From an uncultured archaeon (GTDB taxonomy: Archaea; Asgardarchaeota; Lokiarchaeia; Sigyniarchaeales; SOKP01): a DNA stretch of 64,000 bases. A program made the position numbers and the translations under genes. Positions 10,607 through 21,525 of the stretch are shown here, in pieces (positions within the stretch are counted from its first letter, which is position 1; each line of letters begins with the position of its first letter). The stretch lies in assembly GCA_964493715.1 (NCBI GenBank), contig CAZBPC010000002.1:32001-96000 (forward strand), given 5' to 3'. Below the pieces are notes generated by a model that saw only the letters and a program-made list of their open reading frames with translations, searched no databases and was not told the DNA's origin.

Positions 10607-11296
10607 TTGATTTGTGGATTAGATGAGGCTGGCAGAATATAATTCGTATCGAATGATATGTTAACAGGACCTGTTCTAGGCCCAATGGTTATTTGTGGTG
10701 TTTGTTTCCTCGAAGAAAATATCCAATCTCTAGAAACTTTAGGAGTGAAAGATTCAAAAAAACTAACTATAAGAAAAAGAACCGAATTATCCGCAATATT
10801 AAAATCAATTTGCTTTTCTTATCAAAATGTTATAATTTCTCCTCAAGAAATTGATGAGAGGATTTCATTGAGAATTTCATTAAACCGACTTGAAGAATTA
10901 AAAATGGCCCAAATACTGAATCATCTAAAGCCAGAGTTAGTATATATAGATGCCGCTGATGTGAGAGAAGAGCGATTTGGACGGTCTATAGCTAAATTAT
11001 TAAATTATTCACCAAAAAAAATCATTTCCAAACATAAAGCTGATGATCTTTACCCAATAGTTTCAGCTAGCTCAATTATTGCTAAAGATATGAGAGATAG
11101 ACTCATTGAAGAACTAAAAAAAAATTATGGAGATTTTGGTTCAGGATATCCCTCAGACGAACGTAGTACGACATTTCTTCGAAAGTGGATAATAGATAAT
11201 AAGAAAGCTCCACCTATTGCAAGAAAATCATGGGAAACTACGAAAAAAATAATAAGAGAAGAAATATTTAATAAGAAGATTACTGATTATGTATAG
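10607..11296 (+). CDS. rnhB: Ribonuclease HII split by a 30-nt BHB intron (exon 1 to 10635, exon 2 10666-11296; alternative in-frame ATG at 10562)
   Basis: Spliced sequence reads ICGLDEAGR-GPVLGPM; DSKKL, KADD..VSASSIIAK and GSGYPSD motifs downstream. Confidence 0.93.
10636..10665 (+). other. Putative BHB (tRNA-type) intron in rnhB mRNA, 30 nt
   Basis: Central helix UGGC/GUUA, 3-nt bulges AGA and ACA, intron hairpin AUAU-A-AUUCG/CGAAU-G-AUAU; contains in-frame TAA; removal restores DEAGRGP. Confidence 0.85.
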
Positions 11297-11359
11297 ATAT
11301 ATTGTAAGATTAATTTAGTTTGAAGAAAAATAAAATTTCTTACAGAAGTATTATTTAAA

Positions 11360-12049
11360 TTATTTGTGGGCAACTAAAATGATGTGATTTGCTGCATATC
11401 TGTGAATATTTAAGTTTTCAATTATTTCATAACCTGCCTTTTCCAAAGTCTTTTTCTCTTGAAGATAAATTTTTTCAGGCTTTTGAACACTATCAATTGA
11501 TTGAGATTTGATTGCAAGAATTAGAAGTCCTTTATCCTTTAGATAATAATTGCAGTTCGCAATGGCAATTTGTGCTTGGTTTGGTTGAGCTATATCTTGA
11601 TAAACTAAATCAATTTTAGTAAAAACAGAATTAGCATATTTTTCGGGAAAATTAGCATCTCCTAAAATTGGAATAATATTTTTTCTTTTGTTAGTATTCT
11701 GAATCAACTGTCGCATGCTACGTTCAGCAAATTCTACTCCATAGATAATTCCATCACATACTATGTCTGAAAGGTGAGATATTGTTGTACCTGACGATGC
11801 TCCTAAATATAAGCATTTTAATTCACTTGATAAAAAATCCTCTAAAGGTTTTTCCAATATCATTGCAGCTAATTTACTTCTATAAGGATCCCATTCTCGA
11901 TACTCTTCTCCTTTAAATGTAACTAACTTCTCCCCGTACACTTTATTACCAGAAACTAAGTTTTTAGAATAAAGTTTTAGGTTATTTGGAGGACCAGATA
12001 TATAAACATTAGAATATTTTGGATGTGCTCTAATGCTTTCGTTGCTCAA
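11360..12049 (-). CDS. flpA: Fibrillarin-like rRNA/tRNA 2'-O-methyltransferase
   Basis: YREWDPYRSKLAA, LYLGASSGTTISH and YQDIAQPNQ motifs. Confidence 0.96.
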   Translation of the reverse strand: MSNESIRAHPKYSNVYISGPPNNLKLYSKNLVSGNKVYGEKLVTFKGEEYREWDPYRSKLAAMILEKPLEDFLSSELKCLYLGASSGTTISHLSDIVCDGIIYGVEFAERSMRQLIQNTNKRKNIIPILGDANFPEKYANSVFTKIDLVYQDIAQPNQAQIAIANCNYYLKDKGLLILAIKSQSIDSVQKPEKIYLQEKKTLEKAGYEIIENLNIHRYAANHIILVAHK

Positions 12050-12050
12050 A

Positions 12051-13274
12051 TTAATTTTCCCTCCTTCTTTTTTTATTTAATTGCTTTTTATTTGGTTTTA
12101 TTTTTGGCTCACTTTTTTTAAGTGGGGGTTTTGTATATTTTTTTTCAAGCTCTTTTATTTTTTCTTCAACTTCGTTTGCTAAAGTTTCTCCTATGAACTC
12201 ACCATTAAAAAAATCTACTTTAGTGGCAATTCCTATTTTCCCTGAAATAACTCTAGAAATCTTTCCACGGTTATATGCTTTACTTCCTCTAATCAAATTC
12301 CATTGAAAAATTAAACCGTGTTTGGGTCGTTTTTCACCAGTTTTAAGGAATCTATACAAGGCTTTTTCAGCTCCTAAAAGTTGAATCCTCGAAGCTGGCA
12401 TATAAGCTAAGTTTTTTAAACTTCCTGCTTTTGATATCAATTTTGCTCCTATCAAACTTCCAATAAGTTTAGTAAGATTAGGTGCCGCTTGAGTCATTAA
12501 ATCTTCAAGATATTCCTCCAATACTTCTCGAAAGGCATCTAAATCTAATATTTGTCGAGCGTATTTTTTAATTATAGAAAGATCTAAATCTGCTCCCATA
12601 GATCGGGCTGCTAAATCTTGTAGCATTTGAGTTCGTTTATCTGTAAAAGTAAAATATTCACTAATATTCTCAACAGTATAATTATCTCGATGACCTAATT
12701 TGTCAACCATTTTAGCCAAGATTACATTATCCTCAATTAATTTATCAGTTAATTCCGGAAAATGTAAACCATACCATTCCTTTAACCGGCTTGCAAATAA
12801 ACTTATTGATTTCTTTAAAATATCGAGGGATTCGATCACTTGAATTATTATTAAATCTTCTTTTCCCCCTGCTTCTTTTATATTAGTTTTGATTAATTTT
12901 TCTTGCACATGTTTAAAATGCAATGAGATTTCATTAAATTCAAGGTAATTTCCTATTTTTTTTAGCTGTTCTGTCAAATTAAATCGAAAATTTCTGAATT
13001 CCAAGTTTTCAATAGCATGAGTCGTTTTTAAATCTAATGTCTGGTTCGTAATAGTTGCTAATGCCTCGTTATCAAAAATTAAAACATCAAACCCAGCGGC
13101 ACTAATTTCTTGGACAAATTGTTCAAATTCTTTACTGATAATATTTTCCTTTAATCCATTGAAAAAATCAATAGCTTTATTTTCATTTTTACTAAAATCA
13201 ATAAAATTGATAATTGTTTCTCCTTCGTCCAAGGCATAGATTCCTAATAATGTATCAATTACAAAACACTTCAT
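12051..13274 (-). CDS. nop5: C/D box sRNP protein Nop5 (Nop56/58)
   Basis: EWYGLHFPEL, PASRIQLLGAEKAL and PKHGLIFQ motifs. Confidence 0.96.
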   Translation of the reverse strand: MKCFVIDTLLGIYALDEGETIINFIDFSKNENKAIDFFNGLKENIISKEFEQFVQEISAAGFDVLIFDNEALATITNQTLDLKTTHAIENLEFRNFRFNLTEQLKKIGNYLEFNEISLHFKHVQEKLIKTNIKEAGGKEDLIIIQVIESLDILKKSISLFASRLKEWYGLHFPELTDKLIEDNVILAKMVDKLGHRDNYTVENISEYFTFTDKRTQMLQDLAARSMGADLDLSIIKKYARQILDLDAFREVLEEYLEDLMTQAAPNLTKLIGSLIGAKLISKAGSLKNLAYMPASRIQLLGAEKALYRFLKTGEKRPKHGLIFQWNLIRGSKAYNRGKISRVISGKIGIATKVDFFNGEFIGETLANEVEEKIKELEKKYTKPPLKKSEPKIKPNKKQLNKKRRREN

Positions 13275-13343
13275 TTTTCATTAAACTTGTGATATGAATT
13301 ATCTCAAATAATAATAATAATACTTTCTTAAATTATAATAGTA

Positions 13344-14270
13344 ATGCTAGAGGTAAATATTTCTGGTTTAAATTTAAAATCACCATTCATTCTAGCTTCT
13401 GGTATCTTAGGAGTTTCTTTTTCTAGTATGAAGAAACTTATGGATGCGGGCTTTGGGGCTATAACAACTAAATCTATTGGTCCTAAACCCAGAAAAGGAT
13501 ATAAAAATCCTTCAATAATCGAAATTTTTCCCGGCACTTTCCTGAATAGTGTAGGATTAGGGAATCCCGGAATAGATTATTTCATTTCAGAAATTAAAGA
13601 GATTAAAGCGAACAATATTCCTTTAATTGTGAGTGTTTTTGGTGATACAAATGAATTATACTTAGAGGTAGCATTAAAAGCACAAGAAGCTGGAGCCGAT
13701 GCAATAGAAATTAACATTTCCTGTCCTCACGCTGAGGTTTCTTCTATAGGCATAAATAAAGATCTCACATTTGACCTAACAAAACTTCTTAAGGAAAAAT
13801 TATCGATTCCTTTATTTGTAAAATTAAACCCTAATGTCACTGATATATGTGAGATAGCTCTCGCTGCCCAAGAGGGTGGTGCAGATGCTGTTGTCGCGAT
13901 AAATACAATGAAAGCAATGAAAATCGATGTTAACACTATGAGACCTATTTTATCTCATGGAAGTGGAGGGCTTTCTGGAAAGGGAATTCACCCTATCGCA
14001 GTGAAAAAAGTTTACGATCTCTACAAAATTTTAAAAATTCCAATAATAGGATGTGGAGGAATATCTAAATGGCAAGATATTATAGAATTTTTCCTTGCTG
14101 GAGCAAGAGCTGTCCAAATCGGTACAGTTTTATATAAAGGCTTAGAAATTATTCCTGATATAATAAAAAATCTTAATACATTTTTAGAAGAACGGTCAAT
14201 TGATAATATTTCTAAACTGATAGGTAAAGCACATTATTTTAAAACTCAAGAGGTGCCAGATTTTGACTAA
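13344..14270 (+). CDS. pyrD: Dihydroorotate dehydrogenase catalytic subunit
   Basis: LASG, NSVGLGNPG, INISCPH and GGLSG motifs. Confidence 0.95.
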   Translation: MLEVNISGLNLKSPFILASGILGVSFSSMKKLMDAGFGAITTKSIGPKPRKGYKNPSIIEIFPGTFLNSVGLGNPGIDYFISEIKEIKANNIPLIVSVFGDTNELYLEVALKAQEAGADAIEINISCPHAEVSSIGINKDLTFDLTKLLKEKLSIPLFVKLNPNVTDICEIALAAQEGGADAVVAINTMKAMKIDVNTMRPILSHGSGGLSGKGIHPIAVKKVYDLYKILKIPIIGCGGISKWQDIIEFFLAGARAVQIGTVLYKGLEIIPDIIKNLNTFLEERSIDNISKLIGKAHYFKTQEVPDFD

Positions 14271-15117
14271 TTACTCTATAAAAATTGTACCTATTATTGA
14301 ATCTTATGAAGTATGTAAGGATATAAAGAATATCACCTTTAATATTAAAAATCTTAAGGACTATAAGTTTGAAAAGCCTAAACCTGGTCAATTTGTAATG
14401 GTGTGGGTACCTGGCATTGATGAGATTCCGATGTCAATATCAAGTTTCGATGATGATGGAAATTGCAGTATTCTTGTGAAAAATATTGGAGAATGCACCA
14501 ATGCCCTAAATAATCTAAAAACTGGAGATTATATAGGTGTGAGAGGACCTCTTGGGAATTGGTTTGAAATACCAACTGAAAGTTTTAAAAAGATTTTCTT
14601 AATCGCTGGGGGAGTGGGTATAGCACCATTGAAATTTTTAATTATTGAACTAAATAATCTGAAAAAAAATTATGTCTTGATCAAAGGTGCTAAAGCAAAA
14701 AATGAACTAATCTTTATCCATGAACATCAAAACTTTGATAAAGAAATCGCAGAAATTTTTTATTGCACTGATGATGGAAGCTATGGTACTGAAGGATTTG
14801 TTTCTGATGTTTTCAAAAACGTTATTAATGATTTTTCTGAAAAACAATTATCAAACGCACTTGTTTATACCTGCGGACCAGAAAAAATGATGTATGAAAT
14901 TTTTCAGATATGTGAACAAAATGGAATGGAATTACAAGCAAGTTTAGAGAGAATTATGCGCTGTGGTTGTGGATTATGTGGTTTATGTGCTTTAGATCCT
15001 CTTGGATTTCTTGTTTGTAAGGACGGTCCAATATTTAATTCCGAAAAGTTAAGGAAAATAGAAGATTTTGGTAAATATCGCCGAGATTTTACTGGAAAGA
15101 AAAATCAAATCGATTGA
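14263..15117 (+). CDS. pyrK: Dihydroorotate dehydrogenase electron transfer subunit
   Basis: PGQFVMVW, GGVGIAP and MRCGCGLCGLC motifs. Confidence 0.94.
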   Translation: MTNYSIKIVPIIESYEVCKDIKNITFNIKNLKDYKFEKPKPGQFVMVWVPGIDEIPMSISSFDDDGNCSILVKNIGECTNALNNLKTGDYIGVRGPLGNWFEIPTESFKKIFLIAGGVGIAPLKFLIIELNNLKKNYVLIKGAKAKNELIFIHEHQNFDKEIAEIFYCTDDGSYGTEGFVSDVFKNVINDFSEKQLSNALVYTCGPEKMMYEIFQICEQNGMELQASLERIMRCGCGLCGLCALDPLGFLVCKDGPIFNSEKLRKIEDFGKYRRDFTGKKNQID

Positions 15118-15222
15118 ATCATATAATTTATAATATTTATATAAAAGTTTATCTCGATTAATGATACGAAAAATTTGCTTTAGAACATAAAAATTGGGTT
15201 CCTATTTTTAACGTAAAATTCT

Positions 15223-17604
15223 CTATATCATTAATTCAAACTTTTTCAAGTAAAAAAACTTAATCTGATCGTTCAACAAAAGACATGTTACAAATGTATA
15301 ACCTATTATAAATAAAATTGTTATTATAGGTATAGGAGTAATTCCTGGCAGCCCTATTGAAGAAAGTAATAATATAATAATGGAATTAATAATAATCACA
15401 ATAGCTAAAGGTTTACTCGGTTTTGAATTCCAAAAGTGCTTTCTTTCTCTAACGGTGAGTACCGTAAAATATCCTGAATACACCAAAAACACAAGTACAA
15501 ATGTATGTAAGGCATTTACATTTCCCAGTATTCCAAACATTAAATCCCCAATAAAGACTAGAAATATCCCCTCAATAACCATTAGAACGCCTAAAATCGC
15601 TCCTATTTTTACCATTCCGTTAACATTCCAAGTTTCTGGTTTTTTAGAATAACGAACATTATCGGTAGAAAGAGATAAAGTGACATAATCACTTAAAAAC
15701 AAAAGAATGATAATATCTAAAGCAGAAACAATATAAATTCCAAAGATAACAAAAGCAAGAATTATAAATAGTACTCGTTTAAATGTTCTAATCATTTTAT
15801 TTATTATCCAGGTTGCAATCCTTTGATAAATCATTCTTCCTATTATTATTAAATCAATGATACCCTCTAACCCCTCAGTAGTAAGCACCGCACTTGAAGA
15901 TTTCTTTGCAACATCTGTAGCATTACTAACAGCTATTCCAACCTCTGATTGCTTTAGCGCAGGAGCGTCATTGACGCCATCTCCGGTCATACCAACGATA
16001 TGATTATAATTTTGTAAATCTTTTACAATTAAATATTTATCTTCAGGATAAATTTCAGCAAATCCTATGGCATTTTCAATAATATCGTTTTTATCTTTAT
16101 CTGTTAAACTTTTCTTTAATTCTGTTATTCTGATTACATTTTTACCTAAATCAAGCTCCGATGCAATCTCTTGTGCTATAGGTAAAGCATCTCCCGTTAA
16201 AATTTTTACAGAAATACCTAAATCATTAAGTTTCTTGATTAATTGGGAGGCATTTTCTCGAATTTTATCATATAGCATTACATATCCTACCAATCGTAAA
16301 TCTTGCTTTTGAATCCCATATGCAACAGCAAGAAATCTATATCCTTTTGCTATGTAAGAATTAATTTCTTGAGTTATATTATCAAGTTCAATAAAATCAT
16401 TTTGAACTAAATCTTGAATTTCCTTTACAGCACCTTTAAAAACGTAGAATTCAGCATTATTTTTTTTAATGAAAGCTTCTGTTTTTCTTGTTGATGGATC
16501 AAAAGGGATGAAATATTTTTGCTCACAGTCATTAATTTTTATGTTTTTATATTTTGTCATCGATATAAAAGCATAATCAATGGGATCTTGGTTTGCTTCT
16601 TGAGATGCCAAGGCTCCATAGAAGAGAACATCATTTTCTTCAAATCCAGGACGTGGTAAAATCTTTACAATAGAAAGTTTATTAATAGTGAGAGTTCCGG
16701 TCTTATCCACACAAACAATATCCATAGTTGAAGCATCTTCAGTTGCATCCAACCTTGTTATTAATACACCTTTTTTAGATAATTCCAAAGATCCTAAAGC
16801 CATACTTAATGTAAACATAGTAGGCAATGCAACGGGAATAGAAGCAACTAAAAGTATTGCAATTAAAGGGAGAATCTGGAACACAAATTCAATTCCTTTT
16901 AACAATGATATGCTTATTGCTATAAATATTGATATAAATACAATTGCAAGAAGCCACTTAACTACTTTTGATATAATTTCTTGAATATGGAGTTTAGGTT
17001 TAGCAATTTGAACAAGTTCAATAGTGCGTCCAAAAAAAGTTTTCGTTCCAGTTTTAGTAATGAATCCTGTAATTTCTCCACGTTTTACAATGGAGCCTGA
17101 ATACAACTCATCACCTTTTTTTTTCTTAATAGCCATGAATTCTCCCGTTAATGTAGATTGATCTATTTCCAAATTGCCCTCTAATATATTTAAATCGGCC
17201 GGAACGAAATCCCCGCCTCTTAATCTTACAATATCGCCCGGAACTAACTCTCTTGCAGGAATTAATGTCCAAACTCCATCCCGTTTAGTCCGTGCTTTAA
17301 TACTAAGCTTTTCCTTAAGAAGATCCACTGCGCTATTAGCTTTCTCTTCTTGATAATAACCGATTATAGCATTAAACAGGAGAAGCCCCATAATTATATA
17401 ACCTTCAATATATTTACCTAATAGGAATTCTAATATAATCGTAAATTCTAACATCCATGGAGTAATACCCCAGAATTTTTTTAAAAATTTTTGAAGTAAG
17501 TTTACTTTTTTTTCAGGAACCTCATTATAACCATATATATTTAATCTGGTCTTAATTTCCACTAAATCTAATCCCTTTTCTAAATCATTAGAAATTAAAT
17601 TCAA
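15223..17604 (-). CDS. P-type (IIIA) plasma-membrane proton-efflux ATPase
   Basis: DKTGTLT, IPVALP, FDPSTRKTEA and MTGDGVNDAPALK motifs. Confidence 0.92.
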   Translation of the reverse strand: MNLISNDLEKGLDLVEIKTRLNIYGYNEVPEKKVNLLQKFLKKFWGITPWMLEFTIILEFLLGKYIEGYIIMGLLLFNAIIGYYQEEKANSAVDLLKEKLSIKARTKRDGVWTLIPARELVPGDIVRLRGGDFVPADLNILEGNLEIDQSTLTGEFMAIKKKKGDELYSGSIVKRGEITGFITKTGTKTFFGRTIELVQIAKPKLHIQEIISKVVKWLLAIVFISIFIAISISLLKGIEFVFQILPLIAILLVASIPVALPTMFTLSMALGSLELSKKGVLITRLDATEDASTMDIVCVDKTGTLTINKLSIVKILPRPGFEENDVLFYGALASQEANQDPIDYAFISMTKYKNIKINDCEQKYFIPFDPSTRKTEAFIKKNNAEFYVFKGAVKEIQDLVQNDFIELDNITQEINSYIAKGYRFLAVAYGIQKQDLRLVGYVMLYDKIRENASQLIKKLNDLGISVKILTGDALPIAQEIASELDLGKNVIRITELKKSLTDKDKNDIIENAIGFAEIYPEDKYLIVKDLQNYNHIVGMTGDGVNDAPALKQSEVGIAVSNATDVAKKSSSAVLTTEGLEGIIDLIIIGRMIYQRIATWIINKMIRTFKRVLFIILAFVIFGIYIVSALDIIILLFLSDYVTLSLSTDNVRYSKKPETWNVNGMVKIGAILGVLMVIEGIFLVFIGDLMFGILGNVNALHTFVLVFLVYSGYFTVLTVRERKHFWNSKPSKPLAIVIIINSIIILLLSSIGLPGITPIPIITILFIIGYTFVTCLLLNDQIKFFYLKKFELMI

Positions 17605-17908
17605 AACTTATTTCTCCTTTACATAATGCTATAAGATCTTTCATTCTAAACATTTTAGAATAAATCTATTATAAATACCTTTTTCTTATAATATTTAAAC
17701 GATTTTTAAGTTAAAAGTTTTATAAACCAAAAAGAATCACAATAAATTTTTGATTAGATGGTATTTAATTAATTATGAAATGATCCTAATTACTCTAAAA
17801 CAATAATATGTTTATTCTCTAATGTTATCATTGATGTTTCTATAAATAATTAAAATATTGATTTCAAAATCATAAAATTTATCCTATTATAAAAACTATG
17901 TTTACTAA

Positions 17909-19534
17909 ATGGCTGAAGATCTTGATGATTCTGAAAAGTTGGAAAAGATATCTCGAGAAATAATAAATTATTTAATTAAAAATCCTAACATAGCACGTCA
18001 TAGAATTACAAATTTAAAGGGAAAAATTGGAAAAAAATATCATCTTGATAACGTCATAAAGAATGCAACTATTTTACAATTTGCCACAATTGAAGAAAGA
18101 AGAATCATTGTACCACTACTTAAAAGAAGAAAGACACGAACAATCTCAGGAGTATCAGTAATTGCAATTATGACCAAACCACTTCCGTGTCCCGGCACGT
18201 GCATTTTTTGTCCTGGTACAAGCTCTCAACCAGGTCAAAAAGTTGCTCAATCTTATACAGGACAAGAACCCGCTGCACTCCGTTCTATCCATAATCAATA
18301 TGATTCCTTTAAACAAGTCCAAAGCAGAATATCTGATCTAGAAGCAATTGGTCACGTTATAGACAAGATTGAACTTATTTGTATGGGTGGTACCTTTTTG
18401 TCAGCACCTTTAGATTATCAACAACAGTTCATTCAAGGAGCCTACGAGGGTATTCTAAATAAAAAAGTATCTGATTTAAATGAAGCGAAACTATTAGCCG
18501 AAAATTCAAAACGTCGGTTAATTGGATTAACTATCGAAACAAGACCCGATTATTGCAAAGAAGAACATGTTGATAGAATGTTATCGTATGGTGTAACAAG
18601 AGTAGAACTTGGTATTCAAACTGTATTTGATGATGTTTTTGAGTTGGTAAAACGAGGTCATACTACAAGGGACAATATAGAAGCAATCAGGATTGCTCGT
18701 GATGCTGGTCTCAAAATTAATGCCCATATCATGCCGAATTTGCCGGGTTCAGATTATAATCGAGATCTAAATCTATTTCGGACATTATTTTCTAATGCGG
18801 ACTATAGACCAGATATGCTAAAAATCTATCCATGTTTGGTAATAAAAGGTACGGAACTATATAAATGGTGGAAAAACGATTTATATCATCCATACTCAAC
18901 TGATCAATTAATTGATTTGATCGCTCAAATTAAAAAAGAGATCCCACCTTATGTTAGAATTCAGAGGATTATGCGAGATATACCAGCGCCATTAATCGAA
19001 GCAGGATGTAATAAAAGTAACCTAAGACAATTGGTAAAGGCGAGATTAGATGAAAATAAATCAAAATGCAATTGTATAAGATGTCGAGAGTATGGCATAG
19101 CTCTAAATAAAGAACAATACGCTGATAATAAATTTGAAGATTTTAAGCTAGAAAGACTAGATTATAAAGCATCCCAAGGAGAAGAAATTTTTCTTTCGTT
19201 TGAAAATGAAGATTTACTAATAGGTTATTTGAGGTTAAGAAAACCTTCTGAATTTTCTCATAGATCTGAGTTAAATGATGGAAATACCTTAATTGTTAGA
19301 GAAATTAGAATTGTTGGTGAGATTGTTCCAATAGAAACTGTTCCAAGTTATTTTAACCAAATTCAACATCGTGGCTTTGGAAAGATGCTTATGGAAGAAG
19401 CAGAAAAAATATCAAGAGAAGAGCATGATGCAAAAAAATTAGCAGTCATTAGTGGAGTTGGGGCGAGAAACTGGTTCTATAAATTAGGTTATGAATCAGA
19501 TGGACCATACGTTTCAAAAAATTTAGTTTTTTAA
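17909..19534 (+). CDS. elp3: tRNA U34 acetyltransferase Elp3 (radical SAM + GNAT)
   Basis: CIFCPG, QSYTGQEP, IETRPD and QHRGFG motifs. Confidence 0.95.
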   Translation: MAEDLDDSEKLEKISREIINYLIKNPNIARHRITNLKGKIGKKYHLDNVIKNATILQFATIEERRIIVPLLKRRKTRTISGVSVIAIMTKPLPCPGTCIFCPGTSSQPGQKVAQSYTGQEPAALRSIHNQYDSFKQVQSRISDLEAIGHVIDKIELICMGGTFLSAPLDYQQQFIQGAYEGILNKKVSDLNEAKLLAENSKRRLIGLTIETRPDYCKEEHVDRMLSYGVTRVELGIQTVFDDVFELVKRGHTTRDNIEAIRIARDAGLKINAHIMPNLPGSDYNRDLNLFRTLFSNADYRPDMLKIYPCLVIKGTELYKWWKNDLYHPYSTDQLIDLIAQIKKEIPPYVRIQRIMRDIPAPLIEAGCNKSNLRQLVKARLDENKSKCNCIRCREYGIALNKEQYADNKFEDFKLERLDYKASQGEEIFLSFENEDLLIGYLRLRKPSEFSHRSELNDGNTLIVREIRIVGEIVPIETVPSYFNQIQHRGFGKMLMEEAEKISREEHDAKKLAVISGVGARNWFYKLGYESDGPYVSKNLVF

Positions 19535-19605
19535 TAATAAATTTAAATTTTCCTACTTGATTAGTTATTGCATTATTATATTTAACATTAAAATGATGAT
19601 TTTTA

Positions 19606-21525
19606 ATGAAACAATTTAATTATAAAGATTTAGGGCTTAAATGTGGTCTTGAAATACATCAACAACTTGATACTGAAACTAAGCTGTTTTGCAGATGTCC
19701 AACTAATCTCCAAGGAACAAGAGAACCTGATTTCACTCTCAAAAGACTAATGCGACCCGTGTTAGGAGAAATGGGCACGTTTGATAAAGCAATGCTAACT
19801 GAATATGAAAAAGGTATGGAGGTTGTTTATGAGGGTTATAATGACGTGATCTGTACTTATGAAATGGATGATACCCCTCCGTTTTCATGCAATGAAGAAG
19901 CGAGAAAAATTGCTTTGGAATTGGCAATGCTATTAAACGCTAATATAATTGAAGAAATGCATGTTTGCAGGAAAAACTATTTAGATGGGAGCGTACCTTG
20001 CGGATTTCAAAGAACGATGATCTTAGGAACAGATGGATACGTGGAACTTAAAAATGGCAAAAAAATTGGAATTGACATTTTAAGCTTAGAGGAGGAAGCT
20101 GCTAGACGAATTAAAACTGAAAACAGAACAAATTATTTTAGGTTAGATAGATTAGGAATTCCCTTAGTTGAAATAACTACTAATCCTGATATAAATCATC
20201 CCGATGAATGTAGAGAATGTGCTGAACGATTGGGATTGCTTTTATGGTCAACAAAAGTAAAAAAAGTTCTCGGTTCAATACGTCAAGATATTAATGTTAG
20301 TATTAAGTTAGGAACTCGAATCGAGATAAAAGGAGTACAAAAATTAGGATGGATACCCGTTCTAATTAATCATGAAATCTCCCGGCAACTTGGATTGGTA
20401 CATATTAAAGAAGAGTTAAAAAAAAGAAATCTTAAACCAATTGATATTCCTTCTAATGGTCAAGATTTAACAAAGTTAATTAAAGCAAATACCAGTTTCA
20501 TAGGGGCGGGAATAAAAAAAGGTAAAACACTTTATGGTCTTAATTTGAAAGGTTTTAAGGGTATATTCGGTACCGAGCTGATGGAAGATTATAGATTTGG
20601 TACAGAAGTCAGTAGTAAAGTAAAAACTCTAGTAGGATTGAAAGGGTTGATTCATTCAGATGAAATTCTTAACAAGTATAAATTTTCAAATGAGGATCTT
20701 AAGAAAATTAGAAAATATTTACACTCTGACTCTCAGAATGATTGTTTCCTGTTGATTTTAGGTTCATTGAAAGATGTCGAAAAAGCCATTGATATCATTA
20801 TTCAACGGGTAAAATTATCATTCAAGGGGGTCCCTCCCGAAACTCGAAAAGCATTAGAAAATGGTAATACTGAATTTTTGAGAGAATTACATGGCGGAGC
20901 ACGATTATATCCTGATACCGATTCTAAAGCTATCTTTAATCCGCCTAAAGAAGCAGAACTTATAAGAAAAAATCTTCCAGAATATCCTTGGATAACGATA
21001 AAAGAATATTCAAAGAAATACTCTTTAGAAGAGAAACTGATTAAGAAATTGATCTTCAATGATAAACTTGAATTATTTGAAAAATTAATCAAGATATTTT
21101 CTGAAAATCCTGGTCTTATAATAAATGCAATATTAGAAATAACTACTGCCTTACGAAGAGATGGTAAAAATATGGAGAATATATCCGATTCAGATTTTGA
21201 AGATATATTTATGGAAATAAAAAGAAGAGAAATAAGTAAGGAAGCAATTGAGGAAATTTTGATAATGAAAGCAGATAACCCCGCTCTATCTATTGATGAT
21301 ATTAAAAAAAAATTAAAACTTGAGAAAATGACTGTAGATCAACTAAAAAAAATAATAGAAATGGTGGTTATCAACAACTTGGAAATTATAAAAAGTAAAG
21401 AAATGCGAGCAATAGGACCTTTAATGGGAGAAATTATGAAGGAAGTGCGAGGTAAAATTGATGGAGCAATTGTTTCTGAGGAATTAAAAACAGCAATTCA
21501 AAATAAATTGGAGGAATTAAAATAA
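19606..21525 (+). CDS. gatE: Glu-tRNA(Gln) amidotransferase subunit E
   Basis: GLKCGLEIHQQL, RLDRLGIPLVEI and GARLYPDTD motifs. Confidence 0.96.
   Translation: MKQFNYKDLGLKCGLEIHQQLDTETKLFCRCPTNLQGTREPDFTLKRLMRPVLGEMGTFDKAMLTEYEKGMEVVYEGYNDVICTYEMDDTPPFSCNEEARKIALELAMLLNANIIEEMHVCRKNYLDGSVPCGFQRTMILGTDGYVELKNGKKIGIDILSLEEEAARRIKTENRTNYFRLDRLGIPLVEITTNPDINHPDECRECAERLGLLLWSTKVKKVLGSIRQDINVSIKLGTRIEIKGVQKLGWIPVLINHEISRQLGLVHIKEELKKRNLKPIDIPSNGQDLTKLIKANTSFIGAGIKKGKTLYGLNLKGFKGIFGTELMEDYRFGTEVSSKVKTLVGLKGLIHSDEILNKYKFSNEDLKKIRKYLHSDSQNDCFLLILGSLKDVEKAIDIIIQRVKLSFKGVPPETRKALENGNTEFLRELHGGARLYPDTDSKAIFNPPKEAELIRKNLPEYPWITIKEYSKKYSLEEKLIKKLIFNDKLELFEKLIKIFSENPGLIINAILEITTALRRDGKNMENISDSDFEDIFMEIKRREISKEAIEEILIMKADNPALSIDDIKKKLKLEKMTVDQLKKIIEMVVINNLEIIKSKEMRAIGPLMGEIMKEVRGKIDGAIVSEELKTAIQNKLEELK

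Noticed and set aside
10637-10665. rnhB insert can be read as a U12-like AT...AC intron with TTAAC
   Set aside because: A 29-nt removal frameshifts the gene; the 30-nt BHB excision fits exactly
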